From NCBI GenBank assembly GCA_036397095.1, contig DASWJQ010000195.1, positions 44,070 to 108,069 on the forward strand: a stretch of DNA of 64,000 nucleotides. The letters run 5' to 3'. Made by a program: the position numbers and the translations under genes. The notes beneath the pieces are model-generated. The model searched no databases and was not told where the DNA came from. It worked only from the letters and a program-made list of their open reading frames with translations. This document shows positions 53,738 to 62,330 of the stretch, piece after piece. Within the stretch, counting starts at the first letter, position 1, and every line of letters starts with the position of its first letter. This DNA comes from Anaerolineales bacterium (GTDB taxonomy: Bacteria; Chloroflexota; Anaerolineae; Anaerolineales; E44-bin32).

Positions 53738-55135
53738 TTAGGCCTCCGATACCGGCCGGGTGCTGTCGACGCCCAGCTCGGGCAGATCCAGGTACCACCA
53801 CTCTTCGTTGTCCTTCTGGGCGCCGTAGCCGAAGGCGTCATCCATGCTGCGGAAGAAGCCGTCCATGGCGGGCACGGTGGCAATCCCAGCCTTGACCCAG
53901 CTGTGCACCCATGCCTGGTCCTTCTTGGCGAACGGGCACACGGCGAAGCAGATGCCGCAGTTGGTGGCGGCGCCTTCGCGCCAGTAGGTCATGCACTTGA
54001 CGGCGTCGTCGAACCAGGCCTTATGGCCCGGATTGTTGAACCCACCGACGATGTCCCAGGTTGGTTCGGTCTCAAAGCTCAGGGCACCACTCGGGCAAGC
54101 TTCCGCGCACTTCTTGCAGTGCTTGCAGAACTCGAGGATGCCGGCGTTGATTGGCTTGTCGGTGGCGACCGGCAGGTCGGTCAGCATCTTGAAGACGCGC
54201 ACCATCGGGCCAAACTCGGGCGAGATCAGCCGATTGAAGCGCGATAGTTCTCCCAGGCCCGCCATGATGCCGAGCGCCGGCGAGATCGCCAAGGCGTTGG
54301 TGCTTGACTCGCCGAGCGCCTGATAGCCCAGGCCCCGCAGGAACTCCTGCGTCGAGTTCTGGATCTGGCGGCCGCGCAAGTAGGTGAGGCCCGTCGTCTG
54401 TGAGGCCAGCATGGTCGGGGCACGCTTGAGCGTCTCCTCCGACATCTGGACCAGGTAGAGGATGACGTACTTGCACTTGTTGGGGATGTAGCGGGCCTCT
54501 TCGGTCTCGGAGGCGACTTGCTCATCGGTGAAGATGAGTTCCTTGCCATCCGGATCGTGCGAGTAGATCAGCTTCCGAGTGTTGTCGTCCAGCTCCAGGA
54601 AGGCAACCCGGGCGGCGCCGTAGTGGCGCATGGCGGCGCGGATGATGCGGGAAGCGTCCTCCGGCGAGCCGGTCCACTTGGGCACACCGCGATCTTCAGG
54701 CGTATCGGTCTCCTGCGGACCCATGAAACTCATACCCAGCCGCTGATCCTGGCCGGCGTCGAGCGCGTAATCCTTGAGTGTGTAGCCCGGCACGTTGTTT
54801 CTGATGCGCTCTGAGGTCAGTTCCCTTTGGACCAGACCCAGCGCTTCCGCTCGATCCTCGCCGACGTAGCTGGCGAAACCCGGGCCGCGCACGGTGCCGG
54901 TGCGTTCGTTGTAGCGCTCGACCTTGGACCAGTCGACCTCCGTGGTCGGCTCATCGACGGTCTTGACCCACCAGGCTCGCTGGGGCCGTCCGGCCGGATC
55001 GGTGAACTTCTTGGCACCGTAGGCCGTCTTCTTGCCCGTGCCGGCCAGCTTGGGAGCCGCCAGCCCGGCGCCAGCCCCGAGACCTGCCAAACGCAGGAAG
55101 TCTCGGCGACTGACACGTGTCTCTGTTTCACTCAT
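53738..55135 (-). CDS. rdhA: Reductive dehalogenase homologue RdhA-1
   Basis: 465 aa. AAGGAGG SD. Tat signal SRRDFLRLAGLGAGAG. C-terminal CKHCKKCAEACP (CX2CX2CX3CP) and C...CGICFAVCP (CX2CX3CP). Confidence 0.85.
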   Translation of the reverse strand: MSETETRVSRRDFLRLAGLGAGAGLAAPKLAGTGKKTAYGAKKFTDPAGRPQRAWWVKTVDEPTTEVDWSKVERYNERTGTVRGPGFASYVGEDRAEALGLVQRELTSERIRNNVPGYTLKDYALDAGQDQRLGMSFMGPQETDTPEDRGVPKWTGSPEDASRIIRAAMRHYGAARVAFLELDDNTRKLIYSHDPDGKELIFTDEQVASETEEARYIPNKCKYVILYLVQMSEETLKRAPTMLASQTTGLTYLRGRQIQNSTQEFLRGLGYQALGESSTNALAISPALGIMAGLGELSRFNRLISPEFGPMVRVFKMLTDLPVATDKPINAGILEFCKHCKKCAEACPSGALSFETEPTWDIVGGFNNPGHKAWFDDAVKCMTYWREGAATNCGICFAVCPFAKKDQAWVHSWVKAGIATVPAMDGFFRSMDDAFGYGAQKDNEEWWYLDLPELGVDSTRPVSEA

Positions 55136-55653
55136 GGAAATCCTCCTTGCCGCCGGCGGCCGGAGCCCTGCTCCCGCGCCGGTCGGTCAGATTTAGTTAC
55201 ATGCTAGAAGTTATGCGGATAGGCGACTATCAGGAAGAGTCCTCCAAGTTGTAGGGGGTTTCCCCACAGCTTGCCCAGCAACCGGCCAGCGTCTAGGCCG
55301 TAATCCTTGTGCTTGACCCCTCGCAGTGCCCCGGAGGGAGCGCTCGACGGTTCGTGACACGACTCCGCAGGTCGGCCCACCAACGAAGTTGGTCTGACGG
55401 GCAAATCAGGGCCGATCGCGCGCAAATCTATTGGGCGGCTCTTAGCGGCGCTTTTCCCCTACAAGTTGTCTAGATTCTCCCGACGAAGGTGAAAGGCTAG
55501 TTTGACTACACTGATGCCAGCCATTGTGAGAAATGGCGCAAGATGGGCTTGATTGACCCTTTTCAGTGAAGGAGGAGACGGCGTACAACGCAGCAGCCTG
55601 GGCCCTTCGCCAAGGGCCCCATCCAGATGGTTCCGCCGCCACATCAAGTCATC

Positions 55654-57210
55654 ATGAGGAAAGGAAAGCAAACCGTGGCAGATTCAAAAGTCTCGAGACG
55701 AGACTTCATCAAAGGGCTGGGCGCCGCCGGCGCCGTGGCTTCGGTAGCCGCAGTTTTCACCGAAGCTTCGGCCGCCGCCAAGGCCCCCAGCGCCTACGCC
55801 GGCTGGGAGAACCGCCGGGGTACGGAATACTTTGATCGAAGTCGATTCGAAGTCGCCAAGCCCGAGAGCTACCAGGTTGTCGGTACCCTCAAGCGCCGTG
55901 ACACACGCGTTTACGATTCGCGCGCCCGCCTCGGCGGGCACCAGCGCGGCGAGGACGCCGTCACCAAGTACGACGCCGGCGACCCGTTCTGGGCCGACTA
56001 CTATGCCAAGAATCCGGCCGACGGCGATGGATTGCCGCAACCGGACACTGACCGCATGCTGCGTGATGAGTGGTACCCACCGCAGCAGGCCATCGTCGAA
56101 GCCGGCGCCGAGCGCCGGACCGAGTTCGCCACCACCGGCGAGGGCTTCCTGGCCGCCGCCTGGTCGATCGCCTACCAGGACTTCTCCTACCCGCGGCCGA
56201 GCTCCCCGCCTGAAGAGGCGGACTGGGAGGAAGTCAGCACAGTGCGCGGTGAGTTCAAATCGCCCGAGCTGGCCTCCAAGTTCATCAAGGGGATCGCAGC
56301 CAATTTCGGGGCGACTCTGTGCCGCATCACCGAAGCCCAACCGGCCTGGTTCTATGCCAATGGCCTGCGCGGCGTCGAAGAGGATGTGGCCATCGGGGAC
56401 GAATTCGAAATCCGGCCGTGGTGGAAGTACGCCATCGTCGTCACCCGGCCGATGGAGTTCGACGCCCTGGGCGCCGATCCGAACTTCGGCAACTCGTACT
56501 CGGGCTACAACCCCAGCACCTATGTGGCGACCCACGTCGCCCGCAGCATCAAGGCGCTGGGCTATCCTTCTCGCGTCGAGGCCCCGATGGCCGGCTACGA
56601 AATGTTCGTCGTGCCGTTCGCCGTCGACGCCGGCTTTGGCGAGCTGGCCCGCACCTGTAACTGCGTGTCACCCGATATGGGCGGCAATTTCCGCCAGTCC
56701 GTCGTGCTGACCAACCTGCCGCTGGCCATGGACAAGCCGATCAACGCCGGCGTTGCCGACTTCTGCAAGAAGTGCAAGATCTGCTCGGAGTACTGCTGGA
56801 CCGGCTCGATCTCGATGGACGACGAGCCCAACTGGGAAGAGGCCGGCGTGCTGCGCTGGGACGTCAACGGCTTCACCTGCAGCATGGGCTGGAACCAGGT
56901 CTCCGGCGGCGACAGTTATCCCGAGAACGCACCGGGTGGCGGCCTGCGCGGCTGCCGCGCCTGCATCTCGGTTTGCCCGTGGTACCGCCGCACCAATTGG
57001 CTGCACAACAGTGTGCGCTCGTTCGTGGCCAACGACCCGACCGGTCTGGCCGACGACTTCTCGCTTCAGTTTGAGCGGGCGGTCTACGAACGACGCGATC
57101 CGTCCCTGTGGCTGGCGCCGGAGATGAAGGGCGTGCACGACGAGCCGGATTGGCTCCGCACGGCCGACTTCATCAAGAGCTTCAGCGACACACCGCTAGG
57201 GGAGGCATAA
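55654..57210 (+). CDS. rdhA: Reductive dehalogenase homologue RdhA-2
   Basis: About 518 aa (ATG 55654; alternatives 55627 or GTG 55675). Tat signal SRRDFIKGLGAAGA. CKKCKICSEYCW and CRACISVCPW Fe-S motifs. Confidence 0.85.
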   Translation: MRKGKQTVADSKVSRRDFIKGLGAAGAVASVAAVFTEASAAAKAPSAYAGWENRRGTEYFDRSRFEVAKPESYQVVGTLKRRDTRVYDSRARLGGHQRGEDAVTKYDAGDPFWADYYAKNPADGDGLPQPDTDRMLRDEWYPPQQAIVEAGAERRTEFATTGEGFLAAAWSIAYQDFSYPRPSSPPEEADWEEVSTVRGEFKSPELASKFIKGIAANFGATLCRITEAQPAWFYANGLRGVEEDVAIGDEFEIRPWWKYAIVVTRPMEFDALGADPNFGNSYSGYNPSTYVATHVARSIKALGYPSRVEAPMAGYEMFVVPFAVDAGFGELARTCNCVSPDMGGNFRQSVVLTNLPLAMDKPINAGVADFCKKCKICSEYCWTGSISMDDEPNWEEAGVLRWDVNGFTCSMGWNQVSGGDSYPENAPGGGLRGCRACISVCPWYRRTNWLHNSVRSFVANDPTGLADDFSLQFERAVYERRDPSLWLAPEMKGVHDEPDWLRTADFIKSFSDTPLGEA

Positions 57211-57211
57211 C

Positions 57212-57478
57212 ATGACCGCAGGTTTGATCGCCGGCATCGGCCTGACCCTGGCCTTCGTCGGTTTCTACGCATGGGCCCAGGACAAGGGCTGGACCATCAA
57301 GTGGTGGCAGTGGACACTGCTCATCCTGGCGTCCGGCCTATTGTTGCTGGGCGTCGGCGCACTGGGCACCTCGCTAGCCGAGGGCACGGCCGCCGCCGGC
57401 TGGCTGCTGTTCGGCATGGCGGCCCTCGTGGCCGTGGTCATGGGCTTCGCCGCCCTGCGTCCAGTGCGAGCAAGCTAA
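57212..57478 (+). CDS. rdhB: Putative RdhB-type membrane anchor (pair 2)
   Basis: 88 aa, starts 1 nt after the rdhA-2 stop. Three TM helices. The loop motif SLAEGT is shared with pair 3 (LLAEGA). Confidence 0.6.
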   Translation: MTAGLIAGIGLTLAFVGFYAWAQDKGWTIKWWQWTLLILASGLLLLGVGALGTSLAEGTAAAGWLLFGMAALVAVVMGFAALRPVRAS

Positions 57479-57515
57479 CCGACCAACCGCAAGACGACCC
57501 TCCATCTGGAACCAG

Positions 57516-57550
57516 AGACCCGGGCGCCTCACGCGCCCGGGTCTTGCTTT
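57516..57550 (+). terminator. Rho-independent terminator after rdhAB-2
   Basis: AGACCCGGGCG-cctcacg-CGCCCGGGTCT followed by TGCTTTCGG. Confidence 0.7.
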
Positions 57551-57629
57551 CGGCCCTGCCAGCGCGTGCCATTTGTCACTCGGAAGCGGAGGGCCCGTCA
57601 GCTAGACTGCCCACCAGAGGTATCAATCA

Positions 57630-59252
57630 ATGGCCAAATGGATCCTGAACAGCAGCCGTGCCCAGAAGGCGCTTAGCCGGGGAACATCGATCCTGCGCAG
57701 CGCCGTTGCCCCGACCTTGGGGCCGATCGGCCGTACAGTCCTGATGGACCGCCGTTGGGCCGGCACCAGCGTGGTCAGCGATGGCTTCACGATCAACCGC
57801 GAGCTGGAGCTGTGGGATCCGTTCGCCGATATGGCCATCCGCTTCCTGGAAGACGCCTCCGAGAAAGTACGATCGGCCTGCGGCGATGGCACCACCACAA
57901 CCGTCTTGCTGGCCGAGGCGCTTATTCGGGCCTGCCAGCCGCTGCTCGCCAGTGGCGCCGACCCGATGGCCCTGAGCCGTGCGCTGGCCCGCGGCGCTGC
58001 CTTGGCCGTTGACGAACTACGGGACATGTCTTGCCCTGTGGCGGACGCCGGCCAATTGGCGGCGGTGGCCAGCCTGGCGGCCAAGGATGCAGAGCTAGGA
58101 AGGGTTGTCGGAGAATTGGTGTGGGACCTCGGGGCCGATGGCGCATTTCTGGCGCTCGAATCCCAGGGGCGAACGGTCGAGCATGAAGTCATCGAAGGGT
58201 TCCGTTTTGACCGCGGCGCCATCAGTCCGGCCTTCCTCACCGATCCGGTCAAGGTCGAAGCCGTCTTGGAGAACCCTTACCTGCTGTTGACCGCTGAAAA
58301 GCTCGAGCGGGTTGACGATATCCTGCCGGCCTTGGAGCGCATTCTGCCCGAGGCCCATACGCTGGTGGTGGTCGCCCAAGATGTGACCGGCGAGGCATTG
58401 GCCGGCCTGGCGATGAACAAGGAGCGCGGCAACTTGGAGGTGCTGGCGGTCAAAGCGCCTGGGCTGGGTGGCCGCATGGAAGAGCAACTTGAGGAGTTGG
58501 CAGCGGCGACCGGCGCGACCGTGCTGCCGAATTATGAAACGGGTCGTACGTTGGCCGGCATCACGATCGAGGATTTGGGCCGCGCCGACCGGGTTGTTGC
58601 CAACCGACAAATGACGACGGTGTTTGGCGGGAGGGCCGACCCCAAGCGCGTCGCTGAGCGAATGGCCATTCTGCGAAATGGTGCCGCCGAGGCGCAGACC
58701 GACAAGTACCGGCGTGAATTAACCGAGCGCATTGGCGCCATCCTCGGCAAGACCGCCGTCCTTAAAGTAGGTGGTCTCAGCCAGTTGGAAGTCAAAGAGA
58801 AGGTGGTTCGCGTTCGCAACGCGGTGGCGGCGGCCCAAGCGGCTCTGCGGGGCGGACTGCTGCCCGGCGGCGGCGCCGCCCTTGCGCGGGTTGGGCTGGC
58901 CGTTGGCTCGGCCCCGGCCGCCGATGACCTGACCCGCATTGGCTTTCGGGCCGTCCAGCGGGCGCTCGAGGCGCCCCTGCTCAGCCTGGCGCGCAATGCA
59001 GGTGAGCACGGCCCGCTGGTGCTGGCGGCCGTGCGGCAGGCGCCGGCCGGCAGCACCTATGATGCGTTGACCGGCCAGGTTGGCCCTGCCTCAGAATCAG
59101 GGATCCTCGATCCAATGGAAATGGTGGTTGCTGCCCTGCAGCGGTCCGTGAGCGTGGCGGCAGCCCTGCTGACGGTGGACACGGTCATTGTCTCTCCACC
59201 GGAGCCTGGTGTGGCCGACGAACGACCGGACGTCAGCGCACGTTACGAGTAG
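57630..59252 (+). CDS. Divergent GroEL/Cpn60 paralogue, no GroES partner
   Basis: 540 aa. LGPIGRTV, CGDGTTTTVLLA, LLPGGGAAL. No GGM tail. The residue aligned to E. coli D398 is Asn (codon 58818-58820). No groES and no CIRCE-like operator upstream. Confidence 0.85.
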   Translation: MAKWILNSSRAQKALSRGTSILRSAVAPTLGPIGRTVLMDRRWAGTSVVSDGFTINRELELWDPFADMAIRFLEDASEKVRSACGDGTTTTVLLAEALIRACQPLLASGADPMALSRALARGAALAVDELRDMSCPVADAGQLAAVASLAAKDAELGRVVGELVWDLGADGAFLALESQGRTVEHEVIEGFRFDRGAISPAFLTDPVKVEAVLENPYLLLTAEKLERVDDILPALERILPEAHTLVVVAQDVTGEALAGLAMNKERGNLEVLAVKAPGLGGRMEEQLEELAAATGATVLPNYETGRTLAGITIEDLGRADRVVANRQMTTVFGGRADPKRVAERMAILRNGAAEAQTDKYRRELTERIGAILGKTAVLKVGGLSQLEVKEKVVRVRNAVAAAQAALRGGLLPGGGAALARVGLAVGSAPAADDLTRIGFRAVQRALEAPLLSLARNAGEHGPLVLAAVRQAPAGSTYDALTGQVGPASESGILDPMEMVVAALQRSVSVAAALLTVDTVIVSPPEPGVADERPDVSARYE

Positions 59253-59294
59253 GTGATCTGACCACAGACGGCAGACGGCGGACGGCAAGATCGG

Positions 59295-59374
59295 TAACAC
59301 GAAGTCACAAAGAAACGGAAAGACAAAGACACGAAGGAGATCATAGGCAATTGAGTCTTCGTGTCTTTGTGTTA
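59295..59374 (+). repeat. CACRAAG-heptad hairpin element, copy 7 (short form)
   Basis: TAACACGAAGTCACAAAGAAACGGAAAGACAAAGACACGAAGG ... GTCTTCGTGTCTTTGTGTTA. Lies between convergent genes. Confidence 0.7.
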
Positions 59375-59404
59375 TCTGCTCTTGCTGGAAGCTGAGGGCT
59401 GTAC

Positions 59405-59593
59405 CTAGTCGCTCAAGACGGCCAGCAGCACCAGACCGCTCTCTGCTTCCATCGCTTTGAGCACTTGCAGGTCCTCATCGCTCAGTTCAGCGACCACTGC
59501 CACCGGTTCGTAGGCGACCACCGTGGCGCCCACCTGGGATTCGAGTTCTTGCAGCTTGCTTAGCTGATTGGGGTTCAACGAGGCGAACTTCAT
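59405..59593 (-). CDS. Small acidic hypothetical protein (62 aa)
   Basis: AAGGAG SD 8 nt upstream of the ATG. Lies downstream of rdhA-3 on the same strand. No family recognised. Confidence 0.5.
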   Translation of the reverse strand: MKFASLNPNQLSKLQELESQVGATVVAYEPVAVVAELSDEDLQVLKAMEAESGLVLLAVLSD

Positions 59594-59649
59594 TGGGGAT
59601 CTCCTTCTCCCGGAACCAATGACTTCATCCTACCATCCGCCAGAAGCGA

Positions 59650-59686
59650 ACTTCCGGGAAGTCCGTAGTTCGGACTTCCCGGAAGT
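59650..59686. repeat. Perfect 16-bp hairpin = two 13-nt palindromes ACTTCCsGGAAGT (59650-59662, 59674-59686)
   Basis: ACTTCCGGGAAGTCCG-tagtt-CGGACTTCCCGGAAGT, 27 nt downstream of the rdhA-3 stop. Confidence 0.8.
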
Positions 59687-59712
59687 AGCTTCTTCTTCAG
59701 AACTCGGCAGGA

Positions 59713-61131
59713 TCAGGCGTTCTTGATGTGGATGAAGTTGTCCTTCTTCCAGTATTCGCGCGAGTCCTCTTCGGTCGCATACTGACTGGCATCATCCAGC
59801 GCCAAGATGGCTTGATCCGCTGCGCCGCTGCGCATGCCAATAAGTGATCGAGTGGCGTCGTGCAGCCAACCTTCAGGCTTATTGAAAGGGCAAACTCGAA
59901 TGCAGTTGTGGCAGCTCATGCCGCTGGTAGACCAGACCATGTGGCAGGCCACGACGTCTACCGGCCACTTGTACACGCCCGGGTTGTTGGAGATATTGCG
60001 GGCATCATAGGTTCGCTGATTTTGACCTTTGATGATCCCACCCGCCGGGCAGGTATCGGCGCATTTGCCGCAAATCTCGCAGAACTCTGTGGCGCCGAAC
60101 GAGATCGGGCTGTCCGGCGTCAAGGGCATATCCGTAATGACCTTGCCCAATCGGACGCGAGGGCCGTACTTAGGCGTGATCAACATGCCGTTGCGGCCAA
60201 GTTCACCCAACCCCGCATCCACGGCAATCGGAATGCTCAATCCAGTACAGTTGCCGCTTGGGATGGCATGATAGCCCATGCCTCGGATGAATTCCGCCAG
60301 GCTGGCAGCAGTGAAGGCCGTCTTGGAGTAGCCATTGCCCGTGGCCGCGTTGGCTGGACCACCGATCGGATACTGGTATCCGTCGTAGTCCATCTCAAAC
60401 GCCATCGAGATGACGTACTTCATCGAGCGCGGGATGACCAGGGTCTTGTCCGCACGCTCCTCAGGGACATCGACATCCTCGAACAGGATCGGGGCCACGA
60501 TATTCGGCGGATCACTGTAGCCCTTTGTATCGCGATGGGAGTAAATCCACCGTTCATCAAGTTCGGCAATGCCGGCCATCGAGGCGCCATAGAACAGCGC
60601 CGCCTTCTTGACGATATCGGTCACTTCGCGCGGTGTGTAGCCGGCCATATCCCACGGGCCCATTTCGGTCAAGCGGGCACGCGACAGAAAAGACCCGGGC
60701 AAAGGCTGCCAGGAGTACAGACCACCATTGGATCCGCCGACCGCACCTGCACCGTTTCCTTGAACAGTAGCCACCGTCCAGGAAGCTGTGTAGAAGGCGT
60801 AATCCATCCGATTGAAGCCGGGATCATTGGCCATGATGTGATCGAGGGGGACCTTGGCATAGGGTGCCTCGGCATCGACGATCTCTTTATCCCATACGGC
60901 CCGGCTGAATACCTCGTTGTGTTGGTTAAACCTCCGGTAGATCGAATCGTCGACTTGGTAGGGCGGATCGGCTGCAGCGTGACGCCTGATCAGGAAACCA
61001 CCGAAGGCCTCCGACGTCACTAGCTCATCGGACCCGATCCGACCGATCACTGTAACAGCCGGCAGTGTCATGCCAGCCAAACCGAGCGATTTGACGAAAT
61101 CGCGGCGAGTTAGATCCTTCGTGGTAGACAT
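59713..61131 (-). CDS. rdhA: Reductive dehalogenase homologue RdhA-3
   Basis: 472 aa. GGGAGG SD. Tat signal TRRDFVKSLGLAGMTL. CEICGKCADTCP and CHNCIRVCPF motifs. Confidence 0.85.
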   Translation of the reverse strand: MSTTKDLTRRDFVKSLGLAGMTLPAVTVIGRIGSDELVTSEAFGGFLIRRHAAADPPYQVDDSIYRRFNQHNEVFSRAVWDKEIVDAEAPYAKVPLDHIMANDPGFNRMDYAFYTASWTVATVQGNGAGAVGGSNGGLYSWQPLPGSFLSRARLTEMGPWDMAGYTPREVTDIVKKAALFYGASMAGIAELDERWIYSHRDTKGYSDPPNIVAPILFEDVDVPEERADKTLVIPRSMKYVISMAFEMDYDGYQYPIGGPANAATGNGYSKTAFTAASLAEFIRGMGYHAIPSGNCTGLSIPIAVDAGLGELGRNGMLITPKYGPRVRLGKVITDMPLTPDSPISFGATEFCEICGKCADTCPAGGIIKGQNQRTYDARNISNNPGVYKWPVDVVACHMVWSTSGMSCHNCIRVCPFNKPEGWLHDATRSLIGMRSGAADQAILALDDASQYATEEDSREYWKKDNFIHIKNA

Positions 61132-61142
61132 TTAATACCTCC

Positions 61143-61430
61143 CTACGCCGCAGCCGTGACTGGCTTGGCGAAAACATAGCGGCCGAGCAGCACGCCCCAG
61201 ATGACGGCGATCAGGCCGAGCAGGATGCCCGACACGAGCGCCGCCTGGGGCGCACCTTCGGCCAGCAGGGTTGCGACGACTTCGATCACGAACACGCCGA
61301 ACAGCAGGCCGAGCACAGTCAGGACCCAGGCCCAGACCGGGACGACCAGCCGGCGGCGCCGCGCCAGGTCGAACAGCCCGAGCAGGGCTGCCGTCGCCAG
61401 CGCTCCGATGAGCAAATGCACGAGTAACAC
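61143..61430 (-). CDS. rdhB: Putative RdhB-type membrane anchor (pair 3, upstream of rdhA-3)
   Basis: 95 aa. GTG start with GGAGG 7 nt upstream. Three TM helices. Loop LLAEGA. Confidence 0.6.
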   Translation of the reverse strand: MLLVHLLIGALATAALLGLFDLARRRRLVVPVWAWVLTVLGLLFGVFVIEVVATLLAEGAPQAALVSGILLGLIAVIWGVLLGRYVFAKPVTAAA

Positions 61431-61688
61431 GGTGGCCTCCTTCGAAAGCCGATAGCTTGCATCCGGTATTAGTTCCGGATTTCACAAGTGCCCCTATTGT
61501 CCCATGTTCTGGCCGAAATTCTTGTCCGCAACTGGCGTACAAAAACCATGACATTCATCACCAACCGAGAATCAAGCCGGGCGGCAGTATGGCCGCCCAG
61601 TTTGTGCTGGAGTATTCAACCGGTCGTCTTCTGGGGTGCAATTGCCTGACAGCCTGCGTGGAGGATCGTGCATGCGCAGACAAACCGG

Positions 61689-61729
61689 CCTTCCCGGAAG
61701 TCCAGCTTCGGGACTTCCGGGAAGTCCGA
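61689..61729. repeat. Second copy of the ACTTCCsGGAAGT palindrome pair (14-bp hairpin CTTCCCGGAAGTCC-agcttcg-GGACTTCCGGGAAG)
   Basis: 61714-61729 is identical to 59650-59665 (ACTTCCGGGAAGTCCG). Lies between the cobU stop and the rdhB-3 promoter region. Confidence 0.8.
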
Positions 61730-61769
61730 TCTTCGGTGTCGGTAGCCTGGGATCTAGCTCGGCGATGGG

Positions 61770-62330
61770 CTAGGCAGACCGCTCGCCCTTCAACCACATG
61801 GGCAAGCCAGCCACCAGCAGCACCACTTCGTCGGCGGCCGCCGCCAGCCGCTGGTTTGCCCGACCCAGGGCGTCGCGGTAGGCCCGGCCCAGGGGATAGG
61901 CCGGCACCAAACCCTGGCCGACTTCGTTTGACACGACCAGCCAATCGGCGTCCGACTCGCCGGCCAACGCCACCAGGTCCGCGATTTCTTGCAGCAATTC
62001 GGATTCAGCCCGCTGGTGCGCGGCCGGATCATCGACGTCGCCGGCGGCAAACAGGTTGTTGGCTAGCAACGTCAGACAGTCGAGTAACAGGGTGTCGTAG
62101 ACGCCATCGGCGGCGGCGATCGCCGCTGCCAGCGCGGTCGGCGCCTCCAGGGTCCGCCAGGCCGCCGGCCGCTTGGCTTGGTGGGCGGCAATGCGAGCCG
62201 CCATCTCGTCGTCAAGCGCCTGGGCGGTGGCCACGTACAGCACGCTGGCTGCGCCGGCGGCACGCGCCTCGGCGTAACTGCTCTTGCCGCTGCGGGCCCC
62301 TCCCAGGATCAGCGTCAGCCGGCCGGCCAT
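61770..62330 (-). CDS. cobU: Adenosylcobinamide kinase / adenosylcobinamide-phosphate guanylyltransferase
   Basis: 186 aa. P-loop [15 protein letters not shown]. Confidence 0.85.
   Translation of the reverse strand: MAGRLTLILGGARSGKSSYAEARAAGAASVLYVATAQALDDEMAARIAAHQAKRPAAWRTLEAPTALAAAIAAADGVYDTLLLDCLTLLANNLFAAGDVDDPAAHQRAESELLQEIADLVALAGESDADWLVVSNEVGQGLVPAYPLGRAYRDALGRANQRLAAAADEVVLLVAGLPMWLKGERSA

Noticed and set aside
57630-59252. The GroEL-like gene as the housekeeping chaperonin
   Set aside because: There is no groES, no CIRCE operator and no GGM tail. The catalytic-site residues are divergent and the gene is embedded between rdh operons. It is treated as a specialised paralogue.
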